Source: Marmoricola sp.
GTDB lineage: Bacteria > Actinomycetota > Actinomycetes > Propionibacteriales > Nocardioidaceae
Direction of reading: 5' to 3'
Assembly: GCA_046598855.1 (NCBI GenBank)
Contig: JBKJHX010000068.1
Span: 2,558 to 66,557 of the forward strand
Length of the DNA stretch: 64,000 bases
Shown here in pieces: positions 1 to 10,728 of the stretch. A program made the translations under genes and the position numbers. The notes beneath the pieces were generated by a model, which had not been told where the DNA came from, ran no database searches, and was given only the letters and a program-made list of their open reading frames with translations. Position 1 is the first letter of the stretch, and each line of letters starts with the position of its first letter.

Positions 1-919
1 GGTCGTAGGACGCCAGCCGCAGCGCCAACGCGAACGACCAAGACTCGCCGTGACTGGCGTAACCCTTGACCGGAAGGTCGCCGAGGGTGAGCACCAGCTC
101 GTCACGATGCGGCCCGACCAGGGTGAGCCCCCGGTCCAGTTCGTCGGAACGACGCCGCTCGAGCTCAGCCAGGAGTTGCGGTTCGAGGTCGTCCCCGGTG
201 AGGTCGAAGCTTGGCTTGTACTCGATCATCGCCTCGTCACGAGACGCGCCGCGGGCCACCAGCTCGTAGGCCTTGCCGACCAGGGGGGTGAGGTCGGCGA
301 CGAGCTCGATCCGCTTGCGCATGATCTCGGCGCCGAGCTCTGCCAACCGGGAGTCCCATACTGCCAGGGTGGAGAGCAGGGTCTGGTCACTCTCCCGCGC
401 TCGCCTGTTCACCCGCGCCGTCTTGAGCAAGGAGTTCCGTTGCTTGTGCACCCGGTCGTAGTCGGCACGGGTGCCGGCGTACCGCGGCGAGACCTGGACC
501 ATCAAGTCGTCGAGGAACCTGCGCCGGTCGGAAGGATCGCCCTTGACCAGGGCCAGATCCTCGGGGGAGAAGATCACGGTCCGGACCAGACCGAGAAGTT
601 CCTTCGCCTTCGGCAGGGGTGACTTGTTGATCCGCGCCCGGTTCGACCGCCCCGGGTTGATCTCGATCTCCAGGACGGCGCGCCGGTCGTCGCGCACGAC
701 CGCGGCACGGACGATCGCCTGGTCGGCACCTTGCCGGACCAACGGCGCATCTGCGGAGACCCGGTGCGAGGAGAGGCTCGAGAGGTAGTCGATCGCCTCG
801 ATCAGGTTGGTTTTTCCCTGCCCGTTACGACCGACGAAAGCGGTCACCCCTGGACCGATCTCCACCTCGACGGCCGCATAGGACCGGAAGTCGTGCAAGG
901 AGAGGTGAGCGACGTACAC
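1..919 (-). CDS. recF: DNA replication/repair protein RecF (3' end outside window)
   Basis: Manual translation from GTG at 919: [14 protein letters not shown]...[15 protein letters not shown] (Walker A); canonical position after dnaN-gnd. Not in the ORF track. Confidence 0.95.
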   Translation of the reverse strand, partial: MYVAHLSLHDFRSYAAVEVEIGPGVTAFVGRNGQGKTNLIEAIDYLSSLSSHRVSADAPLVRQGADQAIVRAAVVRDDRRAVLEIEINPGRSNRARINKSPLPKAKELLGLVRTVIFSPEDLALVKGDPSDRRRFLDDLMVQVSPRYAGTRADYDRVHKQRNSLLKTARVNRRARESDQTLLSTLAVWDSRLAELGAEIMRKRIELVADLTPLVGKAYELVARGASRDEAMIEYKPSFDLTGDDLEPQLLAELERRRSDELDRGLTLVGPHRDELVLTLGDLPVKGYASHGESWSFALALRLASYD

Positions 920-924
920 GGTGA

Positions 925-1830
925 CTACTCGGCGCTGGCGTCTCCGCCGGGAGGCGGGTCGGTGTGCAGGGCGTGGCCGCCGAACTGGTTGCGCATCGCT
1001 GCGATCGCCTTCATCGCCGGACTGTCGTCCTGGCGGGAGACGAAGCGCGCGTAGAGCGCGGCGGTGATCGCCGGGGTAGCCACGGCGTGCTCGATGCCGG
1101 CCTCGACGGTCCACCGGCCTTCACCGGAATCGTCCGCGTAGCCACGAACCCCCTCGAGCCCGGGCTTGTCATCGAGCGCCGCGACGAGGAGGTCGAGCAG
1201 CCAGGACCGGATGACCGTGCCCTCGCGCCAGGAGCGGAAGACATCAGTGACGTTCTCCACCATGTCGACAGCCTCGAGAAGTTCCCAGCCCTCGGCGTAC
1301 GACTGCATGATCGCGTACTCGATGCCGTTGTGAACCATCTTGGAGAAGTGCCCGGCGCCGACCTTGCCAGCGTGCACCCAGCCGAACTCACCCTCGGGCT
1401 TGAGGGTGTCGAAGACCGGCTGCACCTTCGCGATGTCCTCGGCGCGACCACCCGCCATCAGCGCGTAGCCGTTCTCCAGGCCCCAGACGCCGCCGGAGAC
1501 GCCGCAGTCGACGAAGCCGATGCCTTGGGCGGCGAGCAGCTCGTCGTGACGGAGGTCCTCGGTCCAGCGGGAGTTCCCGCCGTCGACGACGACGTCACCG
1601 GGTTCGAGTAGGTCGGCCAGCTCCGTGATGGTGGCGTTGGTCGGCGCACCGGCCGGGACCATCACCCAGACGACCTTGGGGCTCGGGAGCTGCTCGACCA
1701 TCGAAGCGATGCTGGCCGTGTCGGCGAGATCCGGGTTGCGGTCGAAACCGACGACGGTATGGCCACCGTTGCGCAGCCGGGTACGCATGTTGCCACCCAT
1801 CTTGCCGAGTCCGACGAGTCCCAGATCCAT
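925..1830 (-). CDS. gnd: 6-phosphogluconate dehydrogenase (decarboxylating), short form
   Basis: [12 protein letters not shown] Rossmann motif, [16 protein letters not shown]-terminal MRNQFGGH; typical actinobacterial location between dnaN and recF. Confidence 0.95.
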   Translation of the reverse strand: MDLGLVGLGKMGGNMRTRLRNGGHTVVGFDRNPDLADTASIASMVEQLPSPKVVWVMVPAGAPTNATITELADLLEPGDVVVDGGNSRWTEDLRHDELLAAQGIGFVDCGVSGGVWGLENGYALMAGGRAEDIAKVQPVFDTLKPEGEFGWVHAGKVGAGHFSKMVHNGIEYAIMQSYAEGWELLEAVDMVENVTDVFRSWREGTVIRSWLLDLLVAALDDKPGLEGVRGYADDSGEGRWTVEAGIEHAVATPAITAALYARFVSRQDDSPAMKAIAAMRNQFGGHALHTDPPPGGDASAE

Positions 1831-1921
1831 TCCGCTGCCTTCCGTCCGTCGTACCTTCGCCGGCCCGGTGTGGGAATGGGCCAGATTTGTCCTCAGTGCT
1901 GACAATCCCGGCTGTGCAGGA

Positions 1922-3073
1922 TCAGGAGAGCAGGCGCCGCGGCATCAAGAGGTACTTGAAGCTCGCGTCGCTCGCGGTACTGCCGCCCTCCACGGAGTCG
2001 ACACCCGAGAGTACGACGGGTTTCGCCGCGGTCGTGAAGGCGAGCTCGACGAACGGCGACTCCAACGCGGTGAGCCCGTCCAGCAGGAACTGCGGGTTGA
2101 AGCCCGTGGTGAGGTCGTCGCCGGTGATATTCGCTTCGATGGACTCGCTCGCCATCGCCTCTTCACCGGAACCGGCGTCGAGGGTCAGTACGCCGTCTGC
2201 GAAGGCGAGTTGTACCGCGGTGTTGCGCTCCGCGACCAGGGCCACGCGCTTGACCGCGTCGATCAGAACCGAGCGATCGACCCGCGCCAGGGTCAGGTGC
2301 TCACTCGGGAAGAGCGACCTGACCTTGGGGAACTCACCGTCGAGCAGTCGGGTCGTCGTACGACGGATCCCGCCGCCGGCCGAACCTTCGAACCCGATGA
2401 TGCCCTCGCCGGCGCCCGAGGTCGACAGCGCGATCGAGATCTCCGAACCGCCGGTCAGTGACTTGGCGGTGTCAGCAAGGACCTTGGCCGGAACCAGAGC
2501 CGCAGCGGAGAGGTCCGGGGTACCCGGGTCCCATTCGAGCTCGCGCTGAGAGAGTCGGAACCGGTCGGTGGCGAGCATCGAGATCGACGAGCCATCGAGT
2601 TCGAGTCGTACTCCGGTCAGCACCGGAAGCATGTCATCGCGGCCGGCGGCGGTCACGGCCTGGCCGACGGCGTGCGCGAAGAGCTCGCTCTTCACGCGGC
2701 CGCGGGCCTCGGGCATCGGCGGCAACTGTGGGTAGTCCTCGACCGGCATCGTCTGGAGGCTGAAACGAGCCGAGCCACAGGTCAGGGTCACTTTGGCGCC
2801 CTCGATCGACATCTCGGCCGGCTTGTTCGGCAGGCTGCGGCAGATGTCGGCGAGCAGGCGGCCGGAGACCAGGGCACGGCCCTCGATCGAGACGTCGGCA
2901 TTGAGCGTCGCCCGCGCAGAGGTCTCGTAGTCGAAGGTTGAAAGCTGGAGGCCGTCGGGGCCGGCTTCAATCAGCAGACCCGCCAGAACGGGGGCACTGG
3001 GACGCAAGGGGAGAGCACGGGCCGTCCAGGCGACGGCATCGGCGAGGACATCGCGCTCGACGCGGAACTTCAC
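1922..3073 (-). CDS. dnaN: DNA polymerase III beta sliding clamp
   Basis: VKFRVERDVLADAV start, ATDRFRL, C-terminal YLLMPRR; downstream of dnaA. Confidence 0.97.
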   Translation of the reverse strand: MKFRVERDVLADAVAWTARALPLRPSAPVLAGLLIEAGPDGLQLSTFDYETSARATLNADVSIEGRALVSGRLLADICRSLPNKPAEMSIEGAKVTLTCGSARFSLQTMPVEDYPQLPPMPEARGRVKSELFAHAVGQAVTAAGRDDMLPVLTGVRLELDGSSISMLATDRFRLSQRELEWDPGTPDLSAAALVPAKVLADTAKSLTGGSEISIALSTSGAGEGIIGFEGSAGGGIRRTTTRLLDGEFPKVRSLFPSEHLTLARVDRSVLIDAVKRVALVAERNTAVQLAFADGVLTLDAGSGEEAMASESIEANITGDDLTTGFNPQFLLDGLTALESPFVELAFTTAAKPVVLSGVDSVEGGSTASDASFKYLLMPRRLLS

Positions 3074-3465
3074 GGGTGTTTCCTCCTGCTGGTCTGCCTC
3101 AAGGTACGAGGACTCATGCCTTGGGACTGGGCATCCTGCCACGGTCGTGCTCAATACGGGAGGTTGTCCCCAGGTAGGGCCCGTTCCGGTTGTTATTCGA
3201 CGAGGGATCCAATTGAAGATCTAGTCGTAGTAGTAGGGGCGGTGGATTCTGTGGAGAACTCATGTAACCGCAGGTCATCGACACTTTCTTGACCCGTCGT
3301 CCCTGTGGAGGACGTCGGGCGAAACAACAAGGTCCTGTGGTTCCAGCGGGTCCCTGTGTAGCGAGGTGTCCGGTTGTCCACAGACGATCCCCACGTCGTC
3401 CACGACAATTCACGTCCCGAACCACAGGCACTCACGGGTGGACCAGCGTCATGCGTGGGTCGGGT
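3074..3465. other. Replication origin oriC (dnaA-dnaN intergenic region)
   Basis: DnaA boxes TTGTCCCCA 3164-3172, GGTGGATTC 3241-3249, TGTGGAGAA 3250-3258, TTGTCCACA 3374-3382; TAG-repeat DnaA-trios 3222-3236. Confidence 0.9.
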
Positions 3466-5004
3466 TCACGGTTGCTTGGCTTGCTGCTTGATCCGCATGG
3501 TGAGTTCGTTGACGGTCTTGTACGTCGTCTGGCGTTCGGCGAGGTCCTTGCGGATGCGGCGCTCGGCATTCATCACCGTGGTGTGGTCGCGTCCACCGAA
3601 CTGCTGACCGATCTTCGGCAGCGAGAGGTCGGTCAGCTCGCGGCACAGGTACATGGCGATCTGTCGGGCGGTCACCAGCGCTCGCGTGCGGCTGGGGCCA
3701 CAGAGGTCCTCGATGCTGAACGAGTGATACGTGGCTGTCTGCGCGATGATCAACCCCGCTGTCACCTGCGGCTCGCCACCCTCGGGAATGAGGTCCTTCA
3801 GCACGATCTCGGCCAGGGTCATATCAACTTCCTGGTGGTTGATACTCGCGAACGCGGTCACCCGGATCAGGGCACCCTCGAGTTCCCGGATGTTGGTCTG
3901 GATCCGGCTCGCGATGAACTCCAGGACGTCGGCCGGCGCGTGCAGGCGGTCGGCAGCGGCCTTCTTGCGCAGGATCGCGATCCGGGTCTCGAGGTCGGGC
4001 GGCTGCACGTCGGTGAGGAGGCCCCACTCGAACCTGTTGCGCAGGCGGTCTTCGAGCTGGGTCAGACGCTTGGGCGGCCGGTCGGAGCTGATCACGATCT
4101 GCTTATTGGCGTTGTGCAGGGTGTTGAAGGTGTGGAAGAACTCCTCCTGGGTCTGCTGCTTGCCCTCGAGGAACTGGATGTCGTCGATGAGGAGGACGTC
4201 GACATCGCGGTACCGGCGCTGGAGGGCCGCGGTGTTCGCGTCCTTGATGGCATTGATGACGTCGTTGGTGAAGGCCTCGGAGGAGACGTACCGGATCTTC
4301 GCTCCGGTGTAGAGGCTGCGGACGTAGTGACCGATCGCGTGCAGGAGGTGGGTCTTGCCGAGGCCGGAGTCGCCATAGACGAGGAGCGGGTTATAGGCCT
4401 TGCCAGGTGCCTCCGCGACGGCAACCGCCGCGGCGTGAGCAAAGCGGTTGGACGATCCGATGACGAAGGTCTCGAAGGTGTACCGGGGGTTGAGCGGGCT
4501 GTCCGGGATCCCCGTGGTCAGCGAGGCGCCACTCTGGATGTTTGTCGACAAAGAACCTTGTCGATTAGACGACAGATTGATTTGTTGTGGTTGGTTGAAG
4601 GCGGATGCGGGGGGAAAGTCGACGGTGAAGCCATCGAGCTCCGCGTCGACCTCGGCGCTCGGAGTCCCTTGGCCGGGGCCGGGCATCCATGCTTCCGGCA
4701 CGGCGCCTTCGACCGGGGCGAGGGTCTCGTCAACGCTGACCGCGATCCGGATAGGTCGATTCAGGCTGTCGCTGAGGGCGTCCTCGAGACGGGTGCGCAG
4801 CCGACCCTCGAGCTGGGTCCGGGTGAACTCGTTCGGTACGGCGATGACCGCGGTGGACTCGGCGAGCATCACCGGCTTGCTGGAGGCGAGCCAGACCCGC
4901 TGGTTGGGGGCCAGGCTGTCGAGAATGGCCGGCCAGAGTGCATCGAGCTCGCGACCCGTTGATCCGCTACTGCTTGTCGAACCGGTACCTGATCCTGAAT
5001 CCAC
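3466..5004 (-). CDS. dnaA: Chromosomal replication initiator DnaA
   Basis: LNPRYTFETFVIGSSNRFAHAAA, Walker A GDSGLGKTH, LLIDDIQF, domain IV GGRDHTTV; GTG start at 5004 estimated. Confidence 0.98.
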   Translation of the reverse strand: MDSGSGTGSTSSSGSTGRELDALWPAILDSLAPNQRVWLASSKPVMLAESTAVIAVPNEFTRTQLEGRLRTRLEDALSDSLNRPIRIAVSVDETLAPVEGAVPEAWMPGPGQGTPSAEVDAELDGFTVDFPPASAFNQPQQINLSSNRQGSLSTNIQSGASLTTGIPDSPLNPRYTFETFVIGSSNRFAHAAAVAVAEAPGKAYNPLLVYGDSGLGKTHLLHAIGHYVRSLYTGAKIRYVSSEAFTNDVINAIKDANTAALQRRYRDVDVLLIDDIQFLEGKQQTQEEFFHTFNTLHNANKQIVISSDRPPKRLTQLEDRLRNRFEWGLLTDVQPPDLETRIAILRKKAAADRLHAPADVLEFIASRIQTNIRELEGALIRVTAFASINHQEVDMTLAEIVLKDLIPEGGEPQVTAGLIIAQTATYHSFSIEDLCGPSRTRALVTARQIAMYLCRELTDLSLPKIGQQFGGRDHTTVMNAERRIRKDLAERQTTYKTVNELTMRIKQQAKQP

Positions 5005-5502
5005 GTGCGCTTCGCGCTCCCCTCGTCCTGGTTGTCCGGTCCACACCTTTGTCCACAGGTTGTGCAGGGTGCGCGAGTGTGAATTTGAGCGAGCTTGTCC
5101 GCTTATGCAGGTGAACCGGTCAGCGGAACTTAACAACTCAGGCAGGCTCGGATCAACCGGTTGTCCACAGGTTTCAGCGATTCATCGGCGTGTCGGCGGG
5201 ATTCCTGGAACGAGGGGGTGCAACATCGTGTCTTTTGTGGGCTACTGGAGTCACCGGCTGGCCTTCGAATTGACCCTGCCATCAGTCCACACGTACCGTT
5301 GGCAGGTCGAAACCGGTTCGACCGGTGCCGCATGTCCACGACCGGGCCCTTCCTGGGTTCTTCGCGCGGGCGGGCGGTGCCAGTTGACCTGTCAGGTAGC
5401 TATCAGTAGTACTTCTGGCCGACTGGCGGCGTTCTGCGTCGCGCGACCCGGTGATGGACACGTCCCAGCACAGCATTCCTCACAGAAGCGCGTGGAGATT
5501 TC
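5005..5502. promoter_or_regulatory. dnaA/rpmH divergent promoter region with DnaA boxes
   Basis: Perfect TTGTCCACA at 5049-5057 and 5161-5169 plus degenerate copies. Confidence 0.8.
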
Positions 5503-5640
5503 ATGAGCAAGCGTACTTACCAGCCGAACAACCGTCGTCGTCACAAGGTGCACGGTTTCCGCCTCCGGATGCGCACCCGCGCCGGCCGCGCGATCCTGTC
5601 CTCCCGTCGTCGCAAGGGCCGCAACAGCCTCGCAGTCTGA
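5503..5640 (+). CDS. rpmH: 50S ribosomal protein L34
   Basis: Manual translation [45 protein letters not shown]. Confidence 0.98.
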   Translation: MSKRTYQPNNRRRHKVHGFRLRMRTRAGRAILSSRRRKGRNSLAV

Positions 5641-5655
5641 GGCTCGTGGCCTGAT

Positions 5656-5997
5656 GTGCTGTCGTCAACGAACCGCCTGACCGCTGCCGAGGAATTTCGG
5701 CACGTGGTCAGACGGGGCCGCCGATCTGGCGGACCATTGCTCGTCGTACATCTTCTGGTGCCGAATGTCGACAAAGTGACAAGCAGTCCTACCAAGGTGG
5801 GATTTGTCGTTGCCAAGTCGGTCGGCCCGGCCGTGATCCGGAATCGTGTGAAGCGACGTCTGCGCCACCTGATGCGGGAGCGGATCACCACGCTCCCCGG
5901 CGGCAGCATGCTCGTCGTACGGGCGCTTCCCGAATCGGCGCAGGCAGATGCGCGGGATCTTGCGACCGCGCTCGATCGTTGTCTAGGACGAGCATGA
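5656..5997 (+). CDS. rnpA: Ribonuclease P protein component
   Basis: [27 protein letters not shown] motif; follows rpmH. Confidence 0.95.
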   Translation: MLSSTNRLTAAEEFRHVVRRGRRSGGPLLVVHLLVPNVDKVTSSPTKVGFVVAKSVGPAVIRNRVKRRLRHLMRERITTLPGGSMLVVRALPESAQADARDLATALDRCLGRA

Positions 5998-6287
5998 AGT
6001 GGCTTCTCATTGGCCTGCTGAAGGCTTATCGGTTCGCGATCAGTCCGCTGTACGGCCAGGTCTGTCGGTACCACCCGACGTGCTCGGCGTACGCGCTGGA
6101 AGCGGTCACGGTGCACGGAAGCATCAAGGGCAGCTGGCTCGCCGTACGGCGGATCGGACGCTGCCACCCCTGGGCTGCCGGAGGGTACGACCCGGTCCCG
6201 GGTAAGAAGGGTGTTAACACAGCACCGGATCTGAACCTCGGTGGTCAGCAGCAGCTGGGCACCACGAACACGATTCAAGGAGTCTGA
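5994..6287 (+). CDS. yidD: Membrane protein insertion efficiency factor YidD
   Basis: [11 protein letters not shown]...RIGRCHPW...GGYDPVP. Confidence 0.95.
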   Translation: MKWLLIGLLKAYRFAISPLYGQVCRYHPTCSAYALEAVTVHGSIKGSWLAVRRIGRCHPWAAGGYDPVPGKKGVNTAPDLNLGGQQQLGTTNTIQGV

Positions 6288-7292
6288 GTGGGTTTCCTCG
6301 GCGATATCGGCAGTTTCATCATGACTCCGCTGTACTACGGGGTCTCTGCGGTGCTGGTCGGCTGGCACGAGGTGTGGGGCGCGGTCTTCGGGCCGGAGTC
6401 CGGCGTCGCGTGGGCGTTGTCGATCATCGGTCTGACCATCGTGATCCGCGCCGCCCTGATCCCGCTGTTTGTGAAGCAGATCAAGTCGAGCCGCAACATG
6501 CAGTTGCTGCAGCCGAAGGTGAAGGAGCTGCAGAAGAAGTACGGCCACGATCGTGAGCGCCTGACGCAGGAGACGATGGCCCTCTACAAGGACACCGGCA
6601 CCAACCCGTTCTCCTCGTGCCTGCCGTTGATCGTGCAAATGCCGATCTTCCTGGCGCTGTTCAGGCTCCTCGACCAGGCGGCGAAGAAAGGCAATGGACA
6701 CGGCTTCCTGAGTGACGACCGCGCAAAGCAACTGCGTGACGCGAAGCTGTTCGGCGGCGAGATCGCCTCCACCTTCCTCAATGCGGACAACTCCACCGTC
6801 AAGGTCATCGCCATCGTGCTCGTCCTCGCCATGACGGCGACCACCTTCCTCACCCAGCGCCAGCTGATGAGCAAGAACATGCCGGCCGACGCGCTGAGCG
6901 GCCCTTACGCTCAGCAGCAGAAGTTGCTCCTCTACGTCCTCCCGCTGGTCTTCGCTGTCGGCGGGATCGCCTTCCCGATCGGCGTCCTCCTCTACTGGAC
7001 CACCTCGAACCTCTGGACGATGGGGCAGCAGTTCTACGTCATCCGGAACAACCCGGCGCCGAACACCGAGGCTTTCGCTGCCAAGGAGAAGCGCGACGCT
7101 GCGAAGCGGGCTGACAAGGGCCTGCCCGCTGCGAGTGATACGGGTACCACCATTGTCGAGGACCTCGAGCCTGAGCGCCGACCGTCTCAGCGCCAGCAGC
7201 CGAAGAAGAAGTCGCGCCAGCAACGTCGGGCGCAGACCCCCAAGAACCCCTCGCCGTCTGGCGAAAGCACCGATCAGGGAGAAGTGAATTGA
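6288..7292 (+). CDS. yidC: Membrane protein insertase YidC
   Basis: LQPKVKELQKKY, NPFSSCLPLIVQMPIF, LYWTTSNLWT. Confidence 0.96.
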   Translation: MGFLGDIGSFIMTPLYYGVSAVLVGWHEVWGAVFGPESGVAWALSIIGLTIVIRAALIPLFVKQIKSSRNMQLLQPKVKELQKKYGHDRERLTQETMALYKDTGTNPFSSCLPLIVQMPIFLALFRLLDQAAKKGNGHGFLSDDRAKQLRDAKLFGGEIASTFLNADNSTVKVIAIVLVLAMTATTFLTQRQLMSKNMPADALSGPYAQQQKLLLYVLPLVFAVGGIAFPIGVLLYWTTSNLWTMGQQFYVIRNNPAPNTEAFAAKEKRDAAKRADKGLPAASDTGTTIVEDLEPERRPSQRQQPKKKSRQQRRAQTPKNPSPSGESTDQGEVN

Positions 7293-7897
7293 GCGAGACC
7301 ACCGAGACTGAGCCCGTCATCGATCCAGCTGTCGCAGCAGAGGACGTGCTGATCGACGATGTCGATGCCGACGAGCTCGACAGTGATGACGTAGAGGCGG
7401 AGGACGGCGAGACTGAGGACGGCGCTCCCCGTCCGACCCGCACCAAGCGCCTCGAGCAAGAAGGCGAGATCGCAGCGGACTACCTTGAGGAACTGCTCGA
7501 GATCGCTGACCTGGACGGCGACCTGGACATGGATGTCGAAGGCGACCGGGCGACGGTGTCGATCGTGGGCGCCAACCTTCCACAACTGGTCGGCGACTCG
7601 GGGGAGGTCCTTGAGGCACTCCAGGAGCTCACCCGGTTGGCCGTCTACCGGGAGACCGGCGAACGGTCACGTCTGATGCTGGACGTCTCCGGCCACCGGG
7701 CTGCGCGTCGTACGGCACTCGAGGAGCAGGCAGCGACCGTCGTGGCCGAGGTCAAGGCTTCCGGCGAGCCGGTTTCGCTCACGCCGATGTCCCCGTTCGA
7801 GCGCAAGGTTGTTCACGATGCTGTGGCCGCCGCCGGCCTCAAGTCCGAATCCGACGGTGTTGAGCCGCGACGTTTCGTGGTGGTCCTCCCCGCGTGA
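7289..7897 (+). CDS. jag: Jag/KhpB family KH-R3H RNA-binding protein
   Basis: LEALQELTRLAV KH region, R3H motif PMSPFERKVVHD; synteny. Confidence 0.92.
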   Translation: MSETTETEPVIDPAVAAEDVLIDDVDADELDSDDVEAEDGETEDGAPRPTRTKRLEQEGEIAADYLEELLEIADLDGDLDMDVEGDRATVSIVGANLPQLVGDSGEVLEALQELTRLAVYRETGERSRLMLDVSGHRAARRTALEEQAATVVAEVKASGEPVSLTPMSPFERKVVHDAVAAAGLKSESDGVEPRRFVVVLPA

Positions 7898-8544
7898 GTG
7901 GTCCTGCGGATGTTTCACGTGAAACACCCTCTGTGCCAGATGTGGCGCAGAGGGTGTTTTCGGGTGCGCTTCCGACAGCCATGGCGTACGCCGAGATGCT
8001 GGCCACAGAAGGAATCCTGAGGGGTCTGATCGGGCCGCGAGAGGTTCCGCGCCTGTGGGAGCGGCACCTGCTCAACTGCGCCGTGATTACCGACGCTGTG
8101 GATGAGGGTGCCCAGGTCTGCGATATCGGATCCGGGGCAGGGCTCCCGGGTCTCGTGATGGCGATCCGTCGTCCTGACCTCCACCTGACCCTGGTCGAGC
8201 CACTTTTGCGCCGGACCACCTTTCTCGACGAGGTTGTTGCCGGGCTAGGTCTCCAGAACGTCGTCGTCCGGAGGGGCCGGGCTGAGGAATTGCACGGGTC
8301 TGTCCAGTTCGACGTCGTGACGTCTCGTGCAGTGGCTCCTCTGGATCGCTTGAGCCGGTGGTCTTTGCCCCTGGTCAGGTCTGGCGGGTCGTTCCTGGCC
8401 ATGAAAGGCTCGTCCGCAGAGGCCGAGATTGTCACTGCGGGCCGGGTGATCACCAAGGAACGAGGTCACGTCGAAGGGCTGCTTGAATTAGGCGCCGACT
8501 TCCTGGACCCGCCGGTGCGGGTGGTCAGGGTTCGGAAGCGCTGA
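7894..8544 (+). CDS. rsmG: 16S rRNA m7G527 methyltransferase
   Basis: RLWERHLLNC, DIGSGAGLPG, SRAVAPL. Confidence 0.95.
   Translation: MSGPADVSRETPSVPDVAQRVFSGALPTAMAYAEMLATEGILRGLIGPREVPRLWERHLLNCAVITDAVDEGAQVCDIGSGAGLPGLVMAIRRPDLHLTLVEPLLRRTTFLDEVVAGLGLQNVVVRRGRAEELHGSVQFDVVTSRAVAPLDRLSRWSLPLVRSGGSFLAMKGSSAEAEIVTAGRVITKERGHVEGLLELGADFLDPPVRVVRVRKR
7911..7926. promoter_or_regulatory. parS centromere site (inside rsmG 5' end)
   Basis: Perfect palindrome TGTTTCACGTGAAACA. Confidence 0.95.
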
Positions 8545-8587
8545 ACTTCGCTCCTCGTCAGTTATCAGCAAGTTTTTGCACACATGG

Positions 8588-8651
8588 TTATCCACCGGTC
8601 TAGATCGCCTTCTCAGCGTGGATATCCACAGTTCACCCCTAGTTATCCACA
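8588..8651. promoter_or_regulatory. DnaA-box cluster upstream of parA
   Basis: TTATCCACC 8588-8596, GTGGATATCCACA 8618-8630, perfect TTATCCACA 8643-8651. Confidence 0.75.
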
Positions 8652-8661
8652 GACTCAGGTC

Positions 8662-8677
8662 TGTTTCACGTGAAACA
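8662..8677. promoter_or_regulatory. parS centromere site upstream of parA RBS
   Basis: Perfect palindrome TGTTTCACGTGAAACA. Confidence 0.95.
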
Positions 8678-8695
8678 TCGCCACAGGAGCAAAGC

Positions 8696-9691
8696 GTGAC
8701 CGAGCAGGAGAACGCCACCGTCAACGGAGTGTCTGGACCCCCCCGGATCAGAACAGCCGCGGACCTGGAATCTACTCAGACGCCGTACAGCGACACCACC
8801 ACGCCCTTGGCGAAAGCCATTGAAGCCGAGCTGCGCGCACGTGGGAGGGCGAGCTTCAGCGACCCGCTGCCGCGCCCACCCACGACGCGGGTGATGGTCG
8901 TGGCCAATCAGAAGGGCGGCGTGGGTAAGACGACGTCTACGGTGAATCTCGCGGTGGCTCTGGCCCAAGGGGGCCAGCGCGTGCTCGTGGTCGACCTCGA
9001 CCCTCAGGGGAACGCGTCCACGGCGCTGGCGGTCGATCACCGGCGCGGAACACCGTCGTCGTACGACATGCTCGTCGACGGGCTCCCGCTTGCAGAGGCT
9101 GTCCAGGCTCATCCGGACATCCCTGGCCTGTTCGTCGTACCAGCCACGATTGACCTGGCCGGCGCCGAGATCGAGCTCGTCAGCGTGGTCGCCCGGGAGA
9201 CCCGGTTGAAGAAGTCCCTGGCGGCCTACGCGCCCATCGGCGGCAAGGGCGAGGACCGCCTGGACTACGTACTCATCGACTGCCCGCCCTCGTTGGGCCT
9301 GCTGACCCTGAATGCCCTGGTTGCCGGTGCGGAGATGCTGATCCCGATCCAAGCGGAGTACTACGCCTTGGAGGGTCTGGGACAGCTGATCGAGACGGTA
9401 GAGATGGTCAAGGCCCATCTGAACCACGAGCTGTTCATCTCGACGATCCTGATCACCATGTACGACGCTCGCACCAATTTGGCGGCCGGCGTCGCCGAAG
9501 AGGTGCGCGAACACTTCAAGGAGCAGGTGCTCCGGACAGCCATTCCGCGCTCGGTCCGGGTCTCTGAGGCCCCCAGCTACGGACAGAGCGTGATGACCTA
9601 CGATCCTGGTTCGCCGGGAGCGCTGAGCTACCTGGAGGCAGCGCGGGAGATGGCGATCAAGGGTAGCGACATGAAGGACGGACGGCCATGA
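8696..9691 (+). CDS. parA: Chromosome partitioning ATPase ParA
   Basis: [11 protein letters not shown] deviant Walker [18 protein letters not shown]; GTG start after AGGAG. Confidence 0.96.
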   Translation: MTEQENATVNGVSGPPRIRTAADLESTQTPYSDTTTPLAKAIEAELRARGRASFSDPLPRPPTTRVMVVANQKGGVGKTTSTVNLAVALAQGGQRVLVVDLDPQGNASTALAVDHRRGTPSSYDMLVDGLPLAEAVQAHPDIPGLFVVPATIDLAGAEIELVSVVARETRLKKSLAAYAPIGGKGEDRLDYVLIDCPPSLGLLTLNALVAGAEMLIPIQAEYYALEGLGQLIETVEMVKAHLNHELFISTILITMYDARTNLAAGVAEEVREHFKEQVLRTAIPRSVRVSEAPSYGQSVMTYDPGSPGALSYLEAAREMAIKGSDMKDGRP

Positions 9692-10629
9692 GTGAAAAGC
9701 GTCGGGGACTCGGGCGTGGTCTGGGGTCGCTGATCCCTACGCAGCCCGAGCCCGGTGACGAGGGCGGCACGAACGGTGCGCTCGCCACAGTCAACCCGCC
9801 GGAGCTGGTCGCAGGGGCCTACTTCGCCGAGCTCCCGATCACGTCGATCACGCCGAACCTGAAGCAGCCGCGCCAGGTCTTCGACGAGGAGGCGATGGCA
9901 GAGCTCGTCCACTCCATCACCGAGGTCGGGCTCCTGCAGCCGATCGTCGTCCGGAGCCTGGGTGCGGATCGTTACGAGCTGATCATGGGGGAGCGCCGCT
10001 GGCGGGCGAGCACTGCTGCGGGTCTGACGAACATCCCTGCGATCGTTCGCGAGACCGACGACGACGCGATGCTCCGGGACGCCCTTCTGGAGAACCTGCA
10101 CCGTTCGCAGCTCAACCCCCTTGAGGAGGCAGCGGCTTACCAGCAGCTCCTCGACGACTTCGGTTGCACCCACGAGGAGCTCTCGACCCGGATCGGCCGC
10201 AGTCGACCCCAGATCAGCAACACCTTGAGGCTCCTGAAGCTCTCCCCGGCCGTCCAGCGCCGGGTGGCAGCTGGAGTCCTCTCGGCCGGCCACGCTCGAG
10301 CGTTGCTCGGGGTCGCCGACGCCGGTGCCCAGGACCGTCTGGCAGCCCGCGTCGTCGCAGAGGGCATCTCGGTTCGGGGACTCGAGGAGATCGTCGCTGT
10401 CGGGGTGGCCGATGATGTCGGGGAGTCCGTTCGGTTCAAGGCGAACCGACCCACCGCTCCCGGACTCTCCGAGCTGAACGACCGCCTCTCGGACCGCCTA
10501 GACACCCGGGTGAAGGTCTCTCTGGGGAAGTCCAAGGGCAGGATCGCCATCGAGTTCGCCACGCTCGCGGACCTGGAGCGGATCGTCGGCGTCATCGACC
10601 CGCGTAATCGCGACGATAGACCTATATAA
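9688..10629 (+). CDS. parB: Chromosome partitioning protein ParB
   Basis: [46 protein letters not shown]. Confidence 0.97.
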   Translation: MSEKRRGLGRGLGSLIPTQPEPGDEGGTNGALATVNPPELVAGAYFAELPITSITPNLKQPRQVFDEEAMAELVHSITEVGLLQPIVVRSLGADRYELIMGERRWRASTAAGLTNIPAIVRETDDDAMLRDALLENLHRSQLNPLEEAAAYQQLLDDFGCTHEELSTRIGRSRPQISNTLRLLKLSPAVQRRVAAGVLSAGHARALLGVADAGAQDRLAARVVAEGISVRGLEEIVAVGVADDVGESVRFKANRPTAPGLSELNDRLSDRLDTRVKVSLGKSKGRIAIEFATLADLERIVGVIDPRNRDDRPI

Positions 10630-10728
10630 ATCTAAAACGATTTACTAATAAGTCGACAAAGCGCTAAAGCAATACATATCCGAACCGATCAATGCCCAGG
10701 TCAGAGGCTTGCGGAGCTCATGTTCGGG

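Noticed and set aside
3289-4962. Long antisense/alternate-frame ORFs (e.g. 3289-4962, 5541-7223, 27150-29057, 29073-30941, 40193-42112, 47629-49467)
   Set aside because: Shadow ORFs of well-supported genes, expected from high-GC codon bias; no recognisable motifs
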